This document shows, piece after piece, positions 62,829 through 64,000 of a DNA stretch of 64,000 nt (its first letter is position 1; the number at the start of each line of letters is the position of its first letter). The notes under the pieces were generated by a model. The model saw nothing but the letters and a program-made list of their open reading frames with translations. It ran no database searches and had not been told where the DNA came from. The translations under genes were made by a program, and so were the position numbers. The stretch covers positions 1,488,001 through 1,552,000 of the forward strand of contig CDRNST010000310.1 of NCBI GenBank assembly GCA_977016875.1, in the 5' to 3' direction. This DNA comes from Pavona decussata (lineage: Eukaryota).

Positions 62829-64000
62829 TGCAACGACTCTGTGTCGTCGAATCCCGTGGAACAAACGCAACAACTTCCGCTTTGCCATTGTGAAGGCAAT
62901 TACAGCTGCTACAGATTACCAGATAGAGCAACTCCAGAGAATAAGCTATGACGAAAAGAACTTAAAATTTGCATCTCCTTGTTTAATCCTTGTTGATAAC
63001 TTCCCCGAAAACGAGACAAGGCGTTTAACAGAGAAGATCACGAAGAGGCAGATCAAATGTGTCATTTTGTCAACTTTTCCTATTGCGAACTTTAGTGCCA
63101 TCTCTGATTTCGACATGACGCCACTGAGACAACTAGATGAGAAGGAGATGTACCTCGTAAAAGATGTTTTGATCAACAACACAAGGGACAGCAAACGGCG
63201 AAGGGGTGCAGAAGAGGTTCTGGAAAGGGAGAAACGATTCACTTGGTTTGGTTTAGAACTGTTCGGACATGACTACAACAAGATCGAGGAAACACTTAAG
63301 AACCACATTCAGAGTACCTTTGACTTCCTGGGTGACTCTCAAGAAATTCATGTGATGGTTTTAAATTTCTGCTGTTTTCTCCATTTCTCCAGGGATGGCA
63401 GAGCTATTCTCTATCACCCAGTGGTCAGCGACTTTCTTTATGAAGCCAATGAGAAAGACCAAGGAAGACTTTGCATTAATGAAGCACATCCGCAAAATCT
63501 TTGGTGGACTTCTCCTTGAAGGATTCAATGAAACTAATGGTTACTAAGGCTGGAGACCAGCTCATTCTCTCGTCAGTGAGATTGTTAGGTCAAGGATAAA
63601 CACGGAAGAGACTGCGGTATGCCTACTAGAAAAGATCTACCAAGGAAAAGCCTATGTAAACAAGTTTTTGAAGGACCAAGTTTTGAATGTTTTCTTGGAT
63701 CGCAAGAGAGTATCCTATCCAGTATTGGTGGAGGATCAAGGAAAAGATTCTGGAAGTATTGATTCCGATTTTGAAAATGACGTCCTCGGTTTTTATGAAG
63801 TGAAAACGCGGTATTCTCCTTTCATTGTAGACATCGTTGAAGGGGATAACGGCATTCAAAGAGCCCTCAGATTGCTTATTACTATTTTCCAGAAGGCTTC
63901 TGAAATTCAGGAGAAGGTATACGCTTGGCAACAACTTTCAAGATTTATGAAATTGGTGCGAATGAAATGGACGAAAAGAATGAACAGCATCATCGTCTTT
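62821..64000 (+). pseudogene. SAMD9-like pseudogene fragment (NTPase region), closest to gene 1, runs off the window
   Basis: Aligns to gene 1 from about 24835 (GSSATTLCRRIPW vs GSGATTLCRRILW). It has a +1 frameshift near 63460, an in-frame TAA at 63545-63547 (TAC in gene 1), another indel near 63950, and no upstream exons. Confidence 0.88.

Noticed and set aside
62560-63519. 319-aa ORF as a real novel protein
   Set aside because: It is a chimera of antisense RTE-LINE sequence and a frameshifted SAMD9-like pseudogene.

Overview
AT-rich, intron-containing animal DNA. The repeat content and gene set suggest a cnidarian, probably a stony coral, but that is inference. The window is dominated by a tandem array of SAMD9/SAMD9L-like antiviral STAND NTPase genes on the + strand: two apparently intact 13-coding-exon genes that I reconstructed by hand from GT-AG sites (about 13.9-28.3 kb, about 2399 aa; about 36.3-56.7 kb, about 2306 aa) and a broken third copy from 62.8 kb to the window edge. 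Each intact copy encodes a SAM-like domain split over small exons, a 550-590 aa disordered linker made of symmetric phase-1 exons, a Schlafen/AlbA_2 nuclease exon, a 21-nt microexon, and one 4.3-4.5 kb exon (SIR2-like, P-loop NTPase, TPR-like, OB-fold). Vertebrate SAMD9 stops right after the OB-fold, but both copies here continue into a conserved Cys/His-rich, probably two-zinc C-terminal domain, which is the most novel feature. Also present: a DCDC2-like gene with a single-exon CDS, two unannotated small coiled-coil paralogues at the left edge, cytochrome b5-like exons missed by the ORF track (61.6-62.1 kb, - strand), a duplicated upstream block shared by both SAMD9-like genes, and many TE remnants (CR1/L2-like and RTE LINEs, BEL/Pao LTR element, MITEs, tRNA-derived repeats). 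Exon models are manual and need RNA-seq confirmation.
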